Positions 28,348 to 37,469 of a stretch of DNA of 64,000 nucleotides are shown piece by piece; position 1 is the stretch's first letter, and every line of letters starts with the position of its first letter. The translations under genes and the position numbers were made by a program. Under the pieces are notes generated by a model. That model was not told the DNA's origin. It was given only the letters and a program-made list of their open reading frames with translations, and searched no databases. Where the stretch lies: positions 11,951-75,950 of the forward strand of contig DATEAH010000009.1 of assembly GCA_035288465.1 (NCBI GenBank), read 5' to 3'. Source of the DNA: Patescibacteria group bacterium (GTDB lineage Bacteria > Patescibacteriota > UBA1384 > DATEAH01).

Positions 28348-29652
28348 TTAATATATGGTGCTTTCACTTTTAGAATTATGTCCAAAAACCGCTTTTGCAC
28401 CCAAGGCTTCTTCGATACGAATAATTTGATTATATTTGGCGGTTCGTTCAGACCGTGATAAACTTCCAGATTTAATACCAAACGCACCCACCCCCACCGC
28501 TAAATCAGCAATAAATGTGTCTTCAGTCTCACCCGAGCGATGTGAAATAATTATCGTATAACCTGATTGTTGCGCTAATTTAACCGTTTTAATCGTTTCC
28601 GACAAGGTTCCCACCTGATTAGGTTTAATAATAATCGCGTTGCCGGCTTGATTTTGAATCCCGAGATTCAATCTTTCAATATTGGTCACAAAAATATCAT
28701 CACCCACAATTTTGATATTTGTGCCCAGCAAAGTGGTTAATTTGGTCCAGCCTGCCATATCATCATCTGCCAAACCATCCTCAATGCTATAAATTGGGTA
28801 TTTGTCCGCTAGGGATTTTAAATATTCAATCATTTGGTCGGTTGATAAAACCTTATTTTCTTTTTTAAGCGTATATTGACCGGATTGATTCATTATTTGA
28901 GAGGCGGCGACATCCAAGCCAACAAAAACATCTTTTCCGGGAGTAAAGCCAGCGCTGGTAATTGCCTCAACAATTGCCGCAATCGCTTTTTCGTTTTGGT
29001 CAAAAGAGGGAGAATAGCCACCCTCATCGCCAACATTCGTTGAAACATTTTTTGATTTTAATTGTTTGCCTAAAGCATGATATACTTCAGAACCCCATCT
29101 TACTGCTTCTTTAAAGCTGTCTGCACCCATGGGAATAATCATAAATTCTTGAATATCTAAATTGTAACCCGCGTGAATGCCGCCATTAATGACATTCATA
29201 AAGGGCACCGGCATATGATATGATTCAGGTTGTGGTCGAGTCAAGCGAGTTAAATATTGGTATAAAGGGTATCGATAAGCGATTGCTCCAGCTCGAGCAC
29301 AAGCTAAAGAGGCGCCTAATATTGCATTTGCACCTAATTTGGCCTTGTTGGCAGTATTATCTAAATAAATTAAGATGCGATCAATTTCAGTCTGATTGGC
29401 TAAATCTTTGCCCACAAGATTTTTTTGAATTACAGTTTCCACATTTTCAACCGCTTTTAAAACTCCTTTACCGCCAAACCTTTTTGGATCGCTATCCCTT
29501 AATTCCAAAGCCTCAAATTGTCCCACCGAGGCTCCAGATGGGACCGAAGAGCGGTCAAAAAAACCATCATCAGTAATCACATCAACTTCTACCGTGGGAT
29601 CACCGCGTGAGTCTAATATCTCACGGGCAATTAATTTCGCAATTTTTGACAT
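28348..29652 (-). CDS. eno: Enolase
   Basis: REILDSRGDPTVEV, VPSGAS, VGDEGG, SIEDG, VGDD, IKPNQVG, SHRSGETED, RSERTAKYN. Confidence 0.98.
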   Translation of the reverse strand: MSKIAKLIAREILDSRGDPTVEVDVITDDGFFDRSSVPSGASVGQFEALELRDSDPKRFGGKGVLKAVENVETVIQKNLVGKDLANQTEIDRILIYLDNTANKAKLGANAILGASLACARAGAIAYRYPLYQYLTRLTRPQPESYHMPVPFMNVINGGIHAGYNLDIQEFMIIPMGADSFKEAVRWGSEVYHALGKQLKSKNVSTNVGDEGGYSPSFDQNEKAIAAIVEAITSAGFTPGKDVFVGLDVAASQIMNQSGQYTLKKENKVLSTDQMIEYLKSLADKYPIYSIEDGLADDDMAGWTKLTTLLGTNIKIVGDDIFVTNIERLNLGIQNQAGNAIIIKPNQVGTLSETIKTVKLAQQSGYTIIISHRSGETEDTFIADLAVGVGAFGIKSGSLSRSERTAKYNQIIRIEEALGAKAVFGHNSKSESTIY

Positions 29653-29693
29653 TTCTCCACCCCCTTTACGATAGGTCAATAAAATCTTTGAGC

Positions 29694-30758
29694 TTATTTT
29701 TGTAAACGATCTTTTAGGAAAATGATCGTTTCGTTTGAACTGGGATCAACTTCGTGTAAAATTCCCAGATAAAAACTGGTATAATCGCCCAATAACACAT
29801 AGGCTAACATCTCTGCCAAGGCTGAACATTTTAATTCCAAATTAACCAACAGATTTGGAATTTCTTTTTTATCCAAAATTTCTCGGCAAATCCCAATTCT
29901 TTTATGAATTCTTGGATTATAATATTTTGACTGCAATATCAGCACGTATATTGGGTTTGGCTTTGGAAAATCTAAATCAGCAATGGTATTATGGTTTAAT
30001 TCGGGCAATGCTTCAAAATAAGATGAATATTTAGAATTTTCATTAAACTGGCATTTCCAGCGCCGCGCCACTTCTTCTAGGTTTTCAGCTGACCAAACAA
30101 ATGGCACTGAGCCAAAAATCTGATTTGCAATTCGTTTGGCTAAATTTCGCCCAGTTTTATTTTCAGGTTTGAGGTTTTCATTAACCTGGTTTAAAATCAC
30201 AATTGCCTCATCAATATCTTTTTGCGCTAATTCCGACATCAAGCCAATTTTTTTCATCACCCCTAAAATTGCCCCGAATCCATAACCCATGGCTGCTCGC
30301 GGCTGAGGCGCATCACTTTGGTATTTATACAAAGGCGCGCGATATTTTTTCGCTAATGATTCTAATTTGCCGCCAGTCGTGATTGCTATTAATTTTGCAC
30401 CCTTGGAAAAGGCGGCCACGAATCCATCTAAAACCTCTTCGGTTCCACCAGAATGAGAAACGGCAATTACTAATGTTTTATTGTCAACAAAAGCTGGTAC
30501 CCCATAATCTCGATGAATGATTATCGGATGGGGATTCTCTTTTTTTAATAATGCCTGGACCAAAGCGCCAGCAATACCTGAACCGCCCATGCCTAAAATA
30601 ACAACTTTGCTGGTATTGGGATAAAATGAGGGAATAATTAATTTTTGAGCACTTGACCAGCCTAACTGAATTTGAGGACCCAACTCCGCAATATATTTAC
30701 GGGTGTTTTTAGTATCAATTTGAGCAATTTTGTCTAAATCATTTAAGTTGTTCATCAA
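29694..30758 (-). CDS. Bifunctional phosphoglucose/phosphomannose isomerase (SIS fold)
   Basis: GMGGSGI, SHSGGTEE, ITTGGKL, QPRAA, RRWKCQFNENSK, PELNHN. Confidence 0.92.
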   Translation of the reverse strand: MMNNLNDLDKIAQIDTKNTRKYIAELGPQIQLGWSSAQKLIIPSFYPNTSKVVILGMGGSGIAGALVQALLKKENPHPIIIHRDYGVPAFVDNKTLVIAVSHSGGTEEVLDGFVAAFSKGAKLIAITTGGKLESLAKKYRAPLYKYQSDAPQPRAAMGYGFGAILGVMKKIGLMSELAQKDIDEAIVILNQVNENLKPENKTGRNLAKRIANQIFGSVPFVWSAENLEEVARRWKCQFNENSKYSSYFEALPELNHNTIADLDFPKPNPIYVLILQSKYYNPRIHKRIGICREILDKKEIPNLLVNLELKCSALAEMLAYVLLGDYTSFYLGILHEVDPSSNETIIFLKDRLQK

Positions 30759-30815
30759 ATAATTCCTTTTAGCTTAATTATAGCTATAAATTATAAAAAT
30801 ACAAGACTATACCTG

Positions 30816-30886
30816 TGGAGACACCGGGAGTCGAACCCGGACCTCGGCAATGCGAATGCCGTGTAATGCCATTTTACTATGTCCCC
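30816..30886 (-). tRNA. tRNA-Ala(CGC), CCA not encoded
   Basis: GGGGACA/TGTCTCC acceptor with G3:U70, CGGCA-TTCGCAT-TGCCG anticodon arm, CCGGG-TTCGACT-CCCGG T-arm. Confidence 0.93.
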
Positions 30887-31010
30887 ATTCTGATTTCATT
30901 TTACCTTATTTGAGCTAAATTTCAATAAAAAAAGCCCGCCAAGGTTTTCCCGCGACGGGGCAGTTAAGGGGCAGTTAAAATGATAAAGTGTTTGAATAAT
31001 TGGGTTTGTG

Positions 31011-31211
31011 TTAAATAAATTTGATCTTATCTGGAGGGGGAAAAGGATTATCCTTGTAAAGGGTTTTAAAGATTTGATAATAATGGCGTTTGGTGGTCCG
31101 GCTATTTTTCGAACAAAGCAGACAAGCAAGAACTGACGTAAAAGTCAAGAATGATATAATCGCCAGCAACGGGATTAAACTAACCAATCCGATAACGGCT
31201 TCATGGCTCAT
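31011..31211 (-). CDS. Small orphan membrane protein
   Basis: AAGGAG RBS, one hydrophobic helix. Confidence 0.5.
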   Translation of the reverse strand: MSHEAVIGLVSLIPLLAIISFLTFTSVLACLLCSKNSRTTKRHYYQIFKTLYKDNPFPPPDKIKFI

Positions 31212-31268
31212 CTTTCCATCTCCTTTGGGTTGGTTTGGTGACTGTGGATTAAATAAGGCAAGTTTGAT

Positions 31269-31547
31269 TCACGGGCGAGTATCTGAGAATTCAATAAAGG
31301 GATTAAATGGATAAAACCCATTTGTCACCCCTGAGCTGGCATCGGACAATATTATCAAAAATCTTTGTTGTGCTTCGTCATCTTCTGGAAGAACAGATTC
31401 GATCCAGCAAAACAAATTCTTAAAGAGCCTTTGAGCAAAAAACAACAATACATACCCAATCAATAGGAGAATTGGGATTAATATTGACCAGATGAAGAAA
31501 AATGCGATGTCAGAAAAAAGATACTGCAGATTCGCCACCATATGCAT
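31269..31547 (-). CDS. Small orphan membrane protein
   Basis: AAAGGAG RBS, hydrophobic N-terminus; TTGATT-N17-TAGTAT promoter at 31582-31610. Confidence 0.55.
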   Translation of the reverse strand: MHMVANLQYLFSDIAFFFIWSILIPILLLIGYVLLFFAQRLFKNLFCWIESVLPEDDEAQQRFLIILSDASSGVTNGFYPFNPFIEFSDTRP

Positions 31548-31659
31548 TATCTCCTTTCCGAGAAAGGATGTTCAATTTATAATACTACCAAAAAATAGCT
31601 AAAAAATCAAATTAAATCTTTAAAAAAAACGATTTTTAGGGTATAATTGAGCTAAGAAT

Positions 31660-31743
31660 GCCGAGGTGGCGGAATTGGTAGACGCGCAGGTCTCAAACAC
31701 CTGTGAGCGCAAGCTCATGCGGGTTCGATTCCCGCCCTCGGCA
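31660..31743 (+). tRNA. tRNA-Leu(CAA), CCA not encoded
   Basis: GCCGAGG/CCTCGGC acceptor, CAGGT-CTCAAAC-ACCTG anticodon arm, long variable arm, GGTTCGATTCC. Confidence 0.97.
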
Positions 31744-31794
31744 TTTTTTATTTGGCCACAAAAAAAAGACTTGACATTTTACCGAATTTGAGTT

Positions 31795-32472
31795 ATGATA
31801 AAATCAATGAAATTTACATTTTTAGCCCAAGAAAATTTAAAAAATCTTTTCAAAAACGTCCTCAAATTTGCGGTTTTCTTTTTAATTATCTTTGCCATTA
31901 TGTTTACACTTTTAAATTGGCCAGCCGTGAAAATTAATGTTAGCTATTATTGGGGAAAAATATTTCACCAAAATAATTCCCAAAAAACAGAACTTACGAC
32001 CTTACCAAATATTAATAATTCCAAACAGCCAACCACCACCGAACTTAAACTCGGAAATAACCGGATTGTGATAAATAAAATAAATATAAACGTTCCTATT
32101 GTTTGGAATGTGCCTGAAAAAGATTTTATTGCCAGTTTAAAAAATGGCGTGGCTCATTATCAAGGCACCGCCAAACCCGGCGATAAAGGCAACATTTTTA
32201 TCGCTGGCCACTCTTCAAATTATTGGTGGGAACAAGGTCCTTATAGCGCCATTTTTTCGATGATCAATAAATTAGATCTCGGCGACGAGGTGATCATTAC
32301 CTATAATAATAAAGCTTATTATTATCGCGTCCAAGAGAAATTTACAGTTAAGCCATCTCAAGTTGAAGTCATGATGCCAACCAAAGAACCAACTTTAACC
32401 TTAATGACTTGCACGCCAATTGGCACGAGTTTAAATCGTTTAATTGTTCGAGCCGATCAGGTAATTCCTTAA
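31795..32472 (+). CDS. Sortase
   Basis: N-terminal TM, LKNGVAHY, GNIFIAGHSS, LTLMTCTPIG, RLIV (His/Cys/Arg triad); start may be ATG 31807. Confidence 0.93.
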   Translation: MIKSMKFTFLAQENLKNLFKNVLKFAVFFLIIFAIMFTLLNWPAVKINVSYYWGKIFHQNNSQKTELTTLPNINNSKQPTTTELKLGNNRIVINKININVPIVWNVPEKDFIASLKNGVAHYQGTAKPGDKGNIFIAGHSSNYWWEQGPYSAIFSMINKLDLGDEVIITYNNKAYYYRVQEKFTVKPSQVEVMMPTKEPTLTLMTCTPIGTSLNRLIVRADQVIP

Positions 32473-32483
32473 AATTCATCGAG

Positions 32484-33788
32484 CTAATTTCGAAATTTGA
32501 GCAAATTAAGTTTTTTATCAAGATCTAAATAAATTAATTGATTTTGCGAGATTATCTCAAAATTTACCCCCGGAGCTAAGGTTATTTCGTTTTTGCCGAA
32601 TAAATCTATCACTTTTATTTTTTGGTCAAGATTAAAAATAATATAAGGAAAATTATCAAGCCATTCAATTTTCGAAATGGTTTTTGAGGTACGGTAAATT
32701 AAGACATTATTTTTGGTTTCCGGATCATAGTACCAAATTTCACCTAAATCGGTTTTGTATAAAAGTTTTGATTTTTTAATCAAGCCAAAAAAGCGTAATT
32801 CTTGTGAACAAGAAAAATCCTCGACTTGGCTCGAAATCGTTTTAAGCGAGTTATTAATTACTATTGATAATTTGCCTTTTTCATCTAAAATAAAAATATT
32901 TGAATTTTTCACAAAAAGTTTATATTCGCCAGCCGTTAAAGTCACCAAATTTTTAGAATTTGTCAAATCAAAATCAGCTCTTCTGAGCTGGAGTTTATTT
33001 TTTGCTAAAGTTAAATAATAAAGGTCGTTATTCTCAGGGAATATTTTTTGAATATTGTCAGCAATTAGCTTTAAGTTGCCATTTTTAATATTATAAAATT
33101 TGCTATCTTGAGTTAAAATTAAAAAGGTCTGATGACCTTGAGGTAGCCAATAAATTTGTTTAATTTTAGCCGGTATTTTAAAATCAACCGCTGCCAGAAT
33201 ATTATCATTGGCATTATAAAGATAGTAATTACCATTGCCTGCCAGCAAGGCTACTTCAGAATCTGCCGACCAACTGCTAATTTTAAGATTTTCGGGAATT
33301 TTTTTAATGCTTCTAAGGTCTTTGGTGTTTAGATTGTATTGATTTAAAGTTTTATTTATATATAATAATTTATTTGAATCTGGTGAAACCTGGAAAGATT
33401 TAATATTTGAAGCGATATTGGTTTTTTCCGGAGAGGCATAAAAAAGGACAATGTCTTCAAATTTAATCACCCGACCAACCTCAACCGTGATGTGCTTTTT
33501 CCAACTTTGATAATTTGTTTTGCGAATTTCCAAGTCATAATCACCCGGCAATAATCCCAAAGAAGCCGGGCATTGACTTGCCGCTAATTTTCCCGAAACC
33601 AAAATCTCGACATCGCGCGGTTGGCAGGTTATATAAATTAAACCGGATTTTTGCCATTTATGAGCCGAGTAATTATATTTATACCCAGCTGCCCAGAGTA
33701 CCAAAAATATCGAAACTGCCAAAAAAATCACTCCGATCAAACTCCAAAGACTAAGGGTGGCAATAATTTTTTTATGATGTTTTTTCAT
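32484..33788 (-). CDS. PEGA-domain protein with C-terminal beta-rich region
   Basis: TM + AAGY..., SGLIYI...P...LLPGDYDLEIRK..YQSWKK. Confidence 0.8.
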   Translation of the reverse strand: MKKHHKKIIATLSLWSLIGVIFLAVSIFLVLWAAGYKYNYSAHKWQKSGLIYITCQPRDVEILVSGKLAASQCPASLGLLPGDYDLEIRKTNYQSWKKHITVEVGRVIKFEDIVLFYASPEKTNIASNIKSFQVSPDSNKLLYINKTLNQYNLNTKDLRSIKKIPENLKISSWSADSEVALLAGNGNYYLYNANDNILAAVDFKIPAKIKQIYWLPQGHQTFLILTQDSKFYNIKNGNLKLIADNIQKIFPENNDLYYLTLAKNKLQLRRADFDLTNSKNLVTLTAGEYKLFVKNSNIFILDEKGKLSIVINNSLKTISSQVEDFSCSQELRFFGLIKKSKLLYKTDLGEIWYYDPETKNNVLIYRTSKTISKIEWLDNFPYIIFNLDQKIKVIDLFGKNEITLAPGVNFEIISQNQLIYLDLDKKLNLLKFRN

Positions 33789-33904
33789 AATATTTACTTA
33801 AATTATACCTAAAAAACCTCAAAAACTCAAGCAATGAGCTTGCAAAAGAGTGAAATTTTGGTAAAATTAAAGGTAATCGAAATAAAATAATAAAAGGCAT
33901 AAAT

Positions 33905-35164
33905 ATGGCAAAATTTAAAATTATCGGTGGCAAGCCATTACACGGTACTATCAGCACCACCGGTGCGAAAAATTCGGCATTACCGATAATTGCTGCTTGT
34001 CTTTTAACTGATGAAATTTGTGAAATTGATAATATCCCAGATATTTTGGATATTCAAGTAATGCTGGAGATTATTCAAGAATTGGGCGCTATTGTTAAAA
34101 AAATAAACCCTCATAAGTATCAGATTCAGGCTCAAAAAATTAAAACTACCCAATTAAAATCAGAATTAATCTCAAAACTTAGAGCCTCAATTTTGTTGAT
34201 GGGGCCAATGTTGGCCCGAATGAAAAAAATTCAAATGAAGCATCCGGGAGGTTGTATTATTGGCAAAAGGCCGGTTGGAACTCATTTTTGGGCTTTAGAA
34301 AAAATGGGCGCCACTACCAAACAAGATCAAACATATTATTATGCCCAAGCGCCTCGCGGATTAAATCCGACTGAAATGTTTTTAGATGAGCCATCTGTGA
34401 CTGCCACCGAAAACGTCTTAATGGCGGCCGCTCTTACTCCTGGCAAAACCGTACTCAAGGATGCAGCTTGCGAACCGCACGTTCAAGATTTAGCGCATTT
34501 TTTGATCAAAATGGGCGCATTAATATCAGGCATTGGCACTAATCATTTAGAAATTATTGGCGCTCAAAAATTACAAGGCGCCAAACACCGCCTAATTCCC
34601 GACTTTCTTGACATTGGCACTTTTGCCGCGGCCGCCGCTGCCACCAAGGGCGAAATCACTATCAAAGATGTCGTTGCCACGGATTTAGATCCGATTTTAG
34701 CCAAATTAGAAATGATGGGCGTCAAATATAAACTTGAAAATCGTAGTCTAAAAATTTTAAAAAGCCCCAATCTTAAAGCTTCCCGGATTCAAACTCGACC
34801 CTGGCCAGGCTTTCCCACTGATTTGCAAGCGCCGTTTTGCGTGCTATCCACCCAAGCTAAAGGCACGAGTTTAATTCATGATTGGATTTACGAGCGAAGG
34901 TTATTATACACTGATAATCTAATAAAAATGGGTGCCGAAATTGTCTGGTGCGATCCGCATCGCGCCTTAGTTACCGGACCAACCCAATTATATGGCGCAC
35001 AAATTGGCAGTCCAGATATTCGCGCCGGCATCGCTTTAATTATTGCTGGTTTAGCCGCCAAAGGTGAAACAATCATTGATAATATTGATTTGGTTGATCG
35101 AGGTTATGAAGCAGTTGAAATTAGGCTGCAAGCCCTAGGTGCCAATATCAAAAGAATCAAATAA
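33905..35164 (+). CDS. murA: UDP-N-acetylglucosamine 1-carboxyvinyltransferase
   Basis: GAKNSALP, LRASILL.GP, PGGCIIGKRP, SVTATEN, PGFPTDLQ, DIRAG, DRGYE. Confidence 0.97.
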   Translation: MAKFKIIGGKPLHGTISTTGAKNSALPIIAACLLTDEICEIDNIPDILDIQVMLEIIQELGAIVKKINPHKYQIQAQKIKTTQLKSELISKLRASILLMGPMLARMKKIQMKHPGGCIIGKRPVGTHFWALEKMGATTKQDQTYYYAQAPRGLNPTEMFLDEPSVTATENVLMAAALTPGKTVLKDAACEPHVQDLAHFLIKMGALISGIGTNHLEIIGAQKLQGAKHRLIPDFLDIGTFAAAAAATKGEITIKDVVATDLDPILAKLEMMGVKYKLENRSLKILKSPNLKASRIQTRPWPGFPTDLQAPFCVLSTQAKGTSLIHDWIYERRLLYTDNLIKMGAEIVWCDPHRALVTGPTQLYGAQIGSPDIRAGIALIIAGLAAKGETIIDNIDLVDRGYEAVEIRLQALGANIKRIK

Positions 35165-35237
35165 TAAACTTGTTGGTATATAAATTAGTATATAATTAGG
35201 TAACACGGATTTAATTTAAATATCGTAATGGAGGAAG

Positions 35238-36248
35238 ATGTTAGGTCGAAGAATTGGCATTGATTTAGGGACCACCAATACTTTAGTGTATTTGCCCAAA
35301 AAGGGGATTGTGAGTAATGAACCAACGGTGGTGGCATTATCGGTTGATGATAACCGTGTTTTAGCAATTGGCAAAGAAGCCAAAGAAATGATTGGACGCA
35401 CGCCTGAAAGTATTATTGCTTCGCATCCTTTGCGGGATGGTGTCATTGCCGATTATCGAATTTGCGAAGCGATGTTGAGATATTTTATTAATCGCGTTTC
35501 TGGCGGTTTAAGGTTATTTCGTCCGGAAGTGATGATTGCCGCCCCAGCTGGTATTACCTCCACTGAAAAAAGGGCGGTTATTGATGCGGCCTTGCAAGCT
35601 GGTGCCAAAGCAGCTTTTATCATCAAAGAGCCGGTTGCCGCCGCGCTTGGTGCGGAAGTGCCAATTTCTTCTCCGTCGGGGAATATGATTATTGATATTG
35701 GCGGTGGCACCTCTGAAGTAGCAGTAATTGCTTTGGGTGATATTGTCGCGGCCAGCTCAGTTCGTACCGGGGGCCGGAAAATGGATCAAGCTCTTGCCAA
35801 TTATATCCGTCGCAAACATAATCTAATTGTTGGCGAACAAACCGCCGAAAACATTAAAATTAAAATCGGTTCAGTTTTACCTTTGAAAAAAGAGTTAAAA
35901 ATGGAGATCTCTGGTTCTAATTCAATCTCTGGCTTGCCCGAAACAATTATCGTTACCAGCAATGATGTGGTAAAGTCACTTAAAAATGAGTTAAAAGATA
36001 TTATCAACACCGTCAAAAATGTTTTACAAAACACCCCCCCGGAATTAGCCGCAGATGTGATTGATAAAGGCATTATAATGTCTGGTGGCGGTTCAATGTT
36101 GCGAAATATTGATTCATTAATGACCAAGGTCACCGGCGTGCCGTGCCATGTTGCTGAAGAGCCTTTATTGGCGGTGGCAAAGGGAACAGGCATGGCGGTT
36201 GAAAATTTAGACGCCTACAAAAAATCAGTCTTATGGATAAAATCATAA
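35238..36248 (+). CDS. mreB: Rod shape-determining protein MreB
   Basis: IGIDLGTTNT, PLRDGVIAD, EPVAAALG, DIGGGTSEVA, TPPELAAD. Confidence 0.96.
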   Translation: MLGRRIGIDLGTTNTLVYLPKKGIVSNEPTVVALSVDDNRVLAIGKEAKEMIGRTPESIIASHPLRDGVIADYRICEAMLRYFINRVSGGLRLFRPEVMIAAPAGITSTEKRAVIDAALQAGAKAAFIIKEPVAAALGAEVPISSPSGNMIIDIGGGTSEVAVIALGDIVAASSVRTGGRKMDQALANYIRRKHNLIVGEQTAENIKIKIGSVLPLKKELKMEISGSNSISGLPETIIVTSNDVVKSLKNELKDIINTVKNVLQNTPPELAADVIDKGIIMSGGGSMLRNIDSLMTKVTGVPCHVAEEPLLAVAKGTGMAVENLDAYKKSVLWIKS

Positions 36249-36250
36249 TC

Positions 36251-37186
36251 ATGATTAATCCTAAAGTAGCCATTATTTTAGTTAATTATAATTCACAACA
36301 AGACACTCTCGAATGCTTAGAGAGTCTTTTTCGAATTAGCTATCCGAATTTTAAAGTGGTTTTAGTGGATAATAATTCCAAAGATGATTCAGCCAAAATA
36401 ATTCGACAAAGATTTGGTGCTAAAGTAAAAATCATTGAAAATTCTAAAAATTTAGGTTTTGCCGAAGGTAATAATGTTGGCGTTCGTTGGGCACTAAAAA
36501 ACAATGCCGACTATGTTATGCTCTTGAATAATGACACCATTGTTAATCCGAGTTTTTTGGATATTTTAATCAAAAATGTCCAAAATAAACCCCAATTCGA
36601 AGTTTTTTCCCCACAAATCCGCATGTATCCGGATAAAAACCGCTTATGGTATGCGGGGGGACGAATGATGCCGTTTCTCGGGTCTGTGCAAATGTTTAAT
36701 CGGGGTGCCAAAATTTCAAATGCGAAATTAAAAAAACCAAGCGAAATTACTTTTATCACTGGGGCGGCGATGCTAATCTCCGCTTTGTTATTTAAAAAAG
36801 TGGGTTTTTTGGATAAAAAATATTTTTTATACTGGGAAGAAACAGATTGGGAAGCTCGGGCTCTTCGTGCTGGGGTAAAATTTTTATATGTTCCAGATGC
36901 GGTGATTTGGCACAAGATTTCCCAAAGCACTGGTGGTGCCGCAAACCCCAAAATGCAATATTATTTCTATCGCAACAATTTATTATTTGCGAAAAAGAAT
37001 TTGGTATTTTATTGGTGGCCAACTTTTTTACTTTTTATATTTTTTAGAATTTTATTTTTTGAAATTGGTTTAGGGTTAATCCAATATTTGTTTGGAAAAC
37101 GAACTCGATTTTTAGGTTTAAAATATTTATGTAGGGGAATTTTAGATTTTTTTAGCGGCAAATTTGGTGCAACAAAATTGGAATAA
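36251..37186 (+). CDS. Glycosyltransferase family 2
   Basis: IILVNYN, VDNNSKD, NLGFAEGNN.G, LLNNDT, FLYWEETD. Confidence 0.93.
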   Translation: MINPKVAIILVNYNSQQDTLECLESLFRISYPNFKVVLVDNNSKDDSAKIIRQRFGAKVKIIENSKNLGFAEGNNVGVRWALKNNADYVMLLNNDTIVNPSFLDILIKNVQNKPQFEVFSPQIRMYPDKNRLWYAGGRMMPFLGSVQMFNRGAKISNAKLKKPSEITFITGAAMLISALLFKKVGFLDKKYFLYWEETDWEARALRAGVKFLYVPDAVIWHKISQSTGGAANPKMQYYFYRNNLLFAKKNLVFYWWPTFLLFIFFRILFFEIGLGLIQYLFGKRTRFLGLKYLCRGILDFFSGKFGATKLE

Positions 37187-37205
37187 TTTTTAAAATGTTT
37201 CGCTC

Positions 37206-37356
37206 GGCACTCTCCACAAAAAGACGCTCCGTCAATCAAATTTATTATCAAAATTACTCTCAAGCCGTCGCTTGACTCTTGTCTTGCCCCAATTGTTATA
37301 CTTTTTTAATGCCTTATCTTGGGCAAGTCTGCGAGACACTTTTTTTAGGAGGTGCC
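37206..37356. ncRNA. Candidate ~150-nt structured RNA (closing stem, AU-rich bulge, terminal stem)
   Basis: GGCACTCTCC/GGAGGTGCC, AAAAAG/CTTTTT, TCAAGC/GCTTGA, CTTGCCC/GGGCAAG. Confidence 0.3.
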
Positions 37357-37399
37357 TTCGCTCTTTACCTGTAAATTTTATCTTTTTAAGGTAGAGATA

Positions 37400-37427
37400 T
37401 TGACAAATATTTTTGATATGGTATAAT
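37400..37427 (+). promoter_or_regulatory. Consensus sigma70 promoter driving the GC-rich non-coding segment
   Basis: TTGACA-N16-TATAAT with TGn extended -10. Confidence 0.75.
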
Positions 37428-37469
37428 AAGTAAAATAAAGAAAAACAAAGATAAACCCAAAATAAACTA

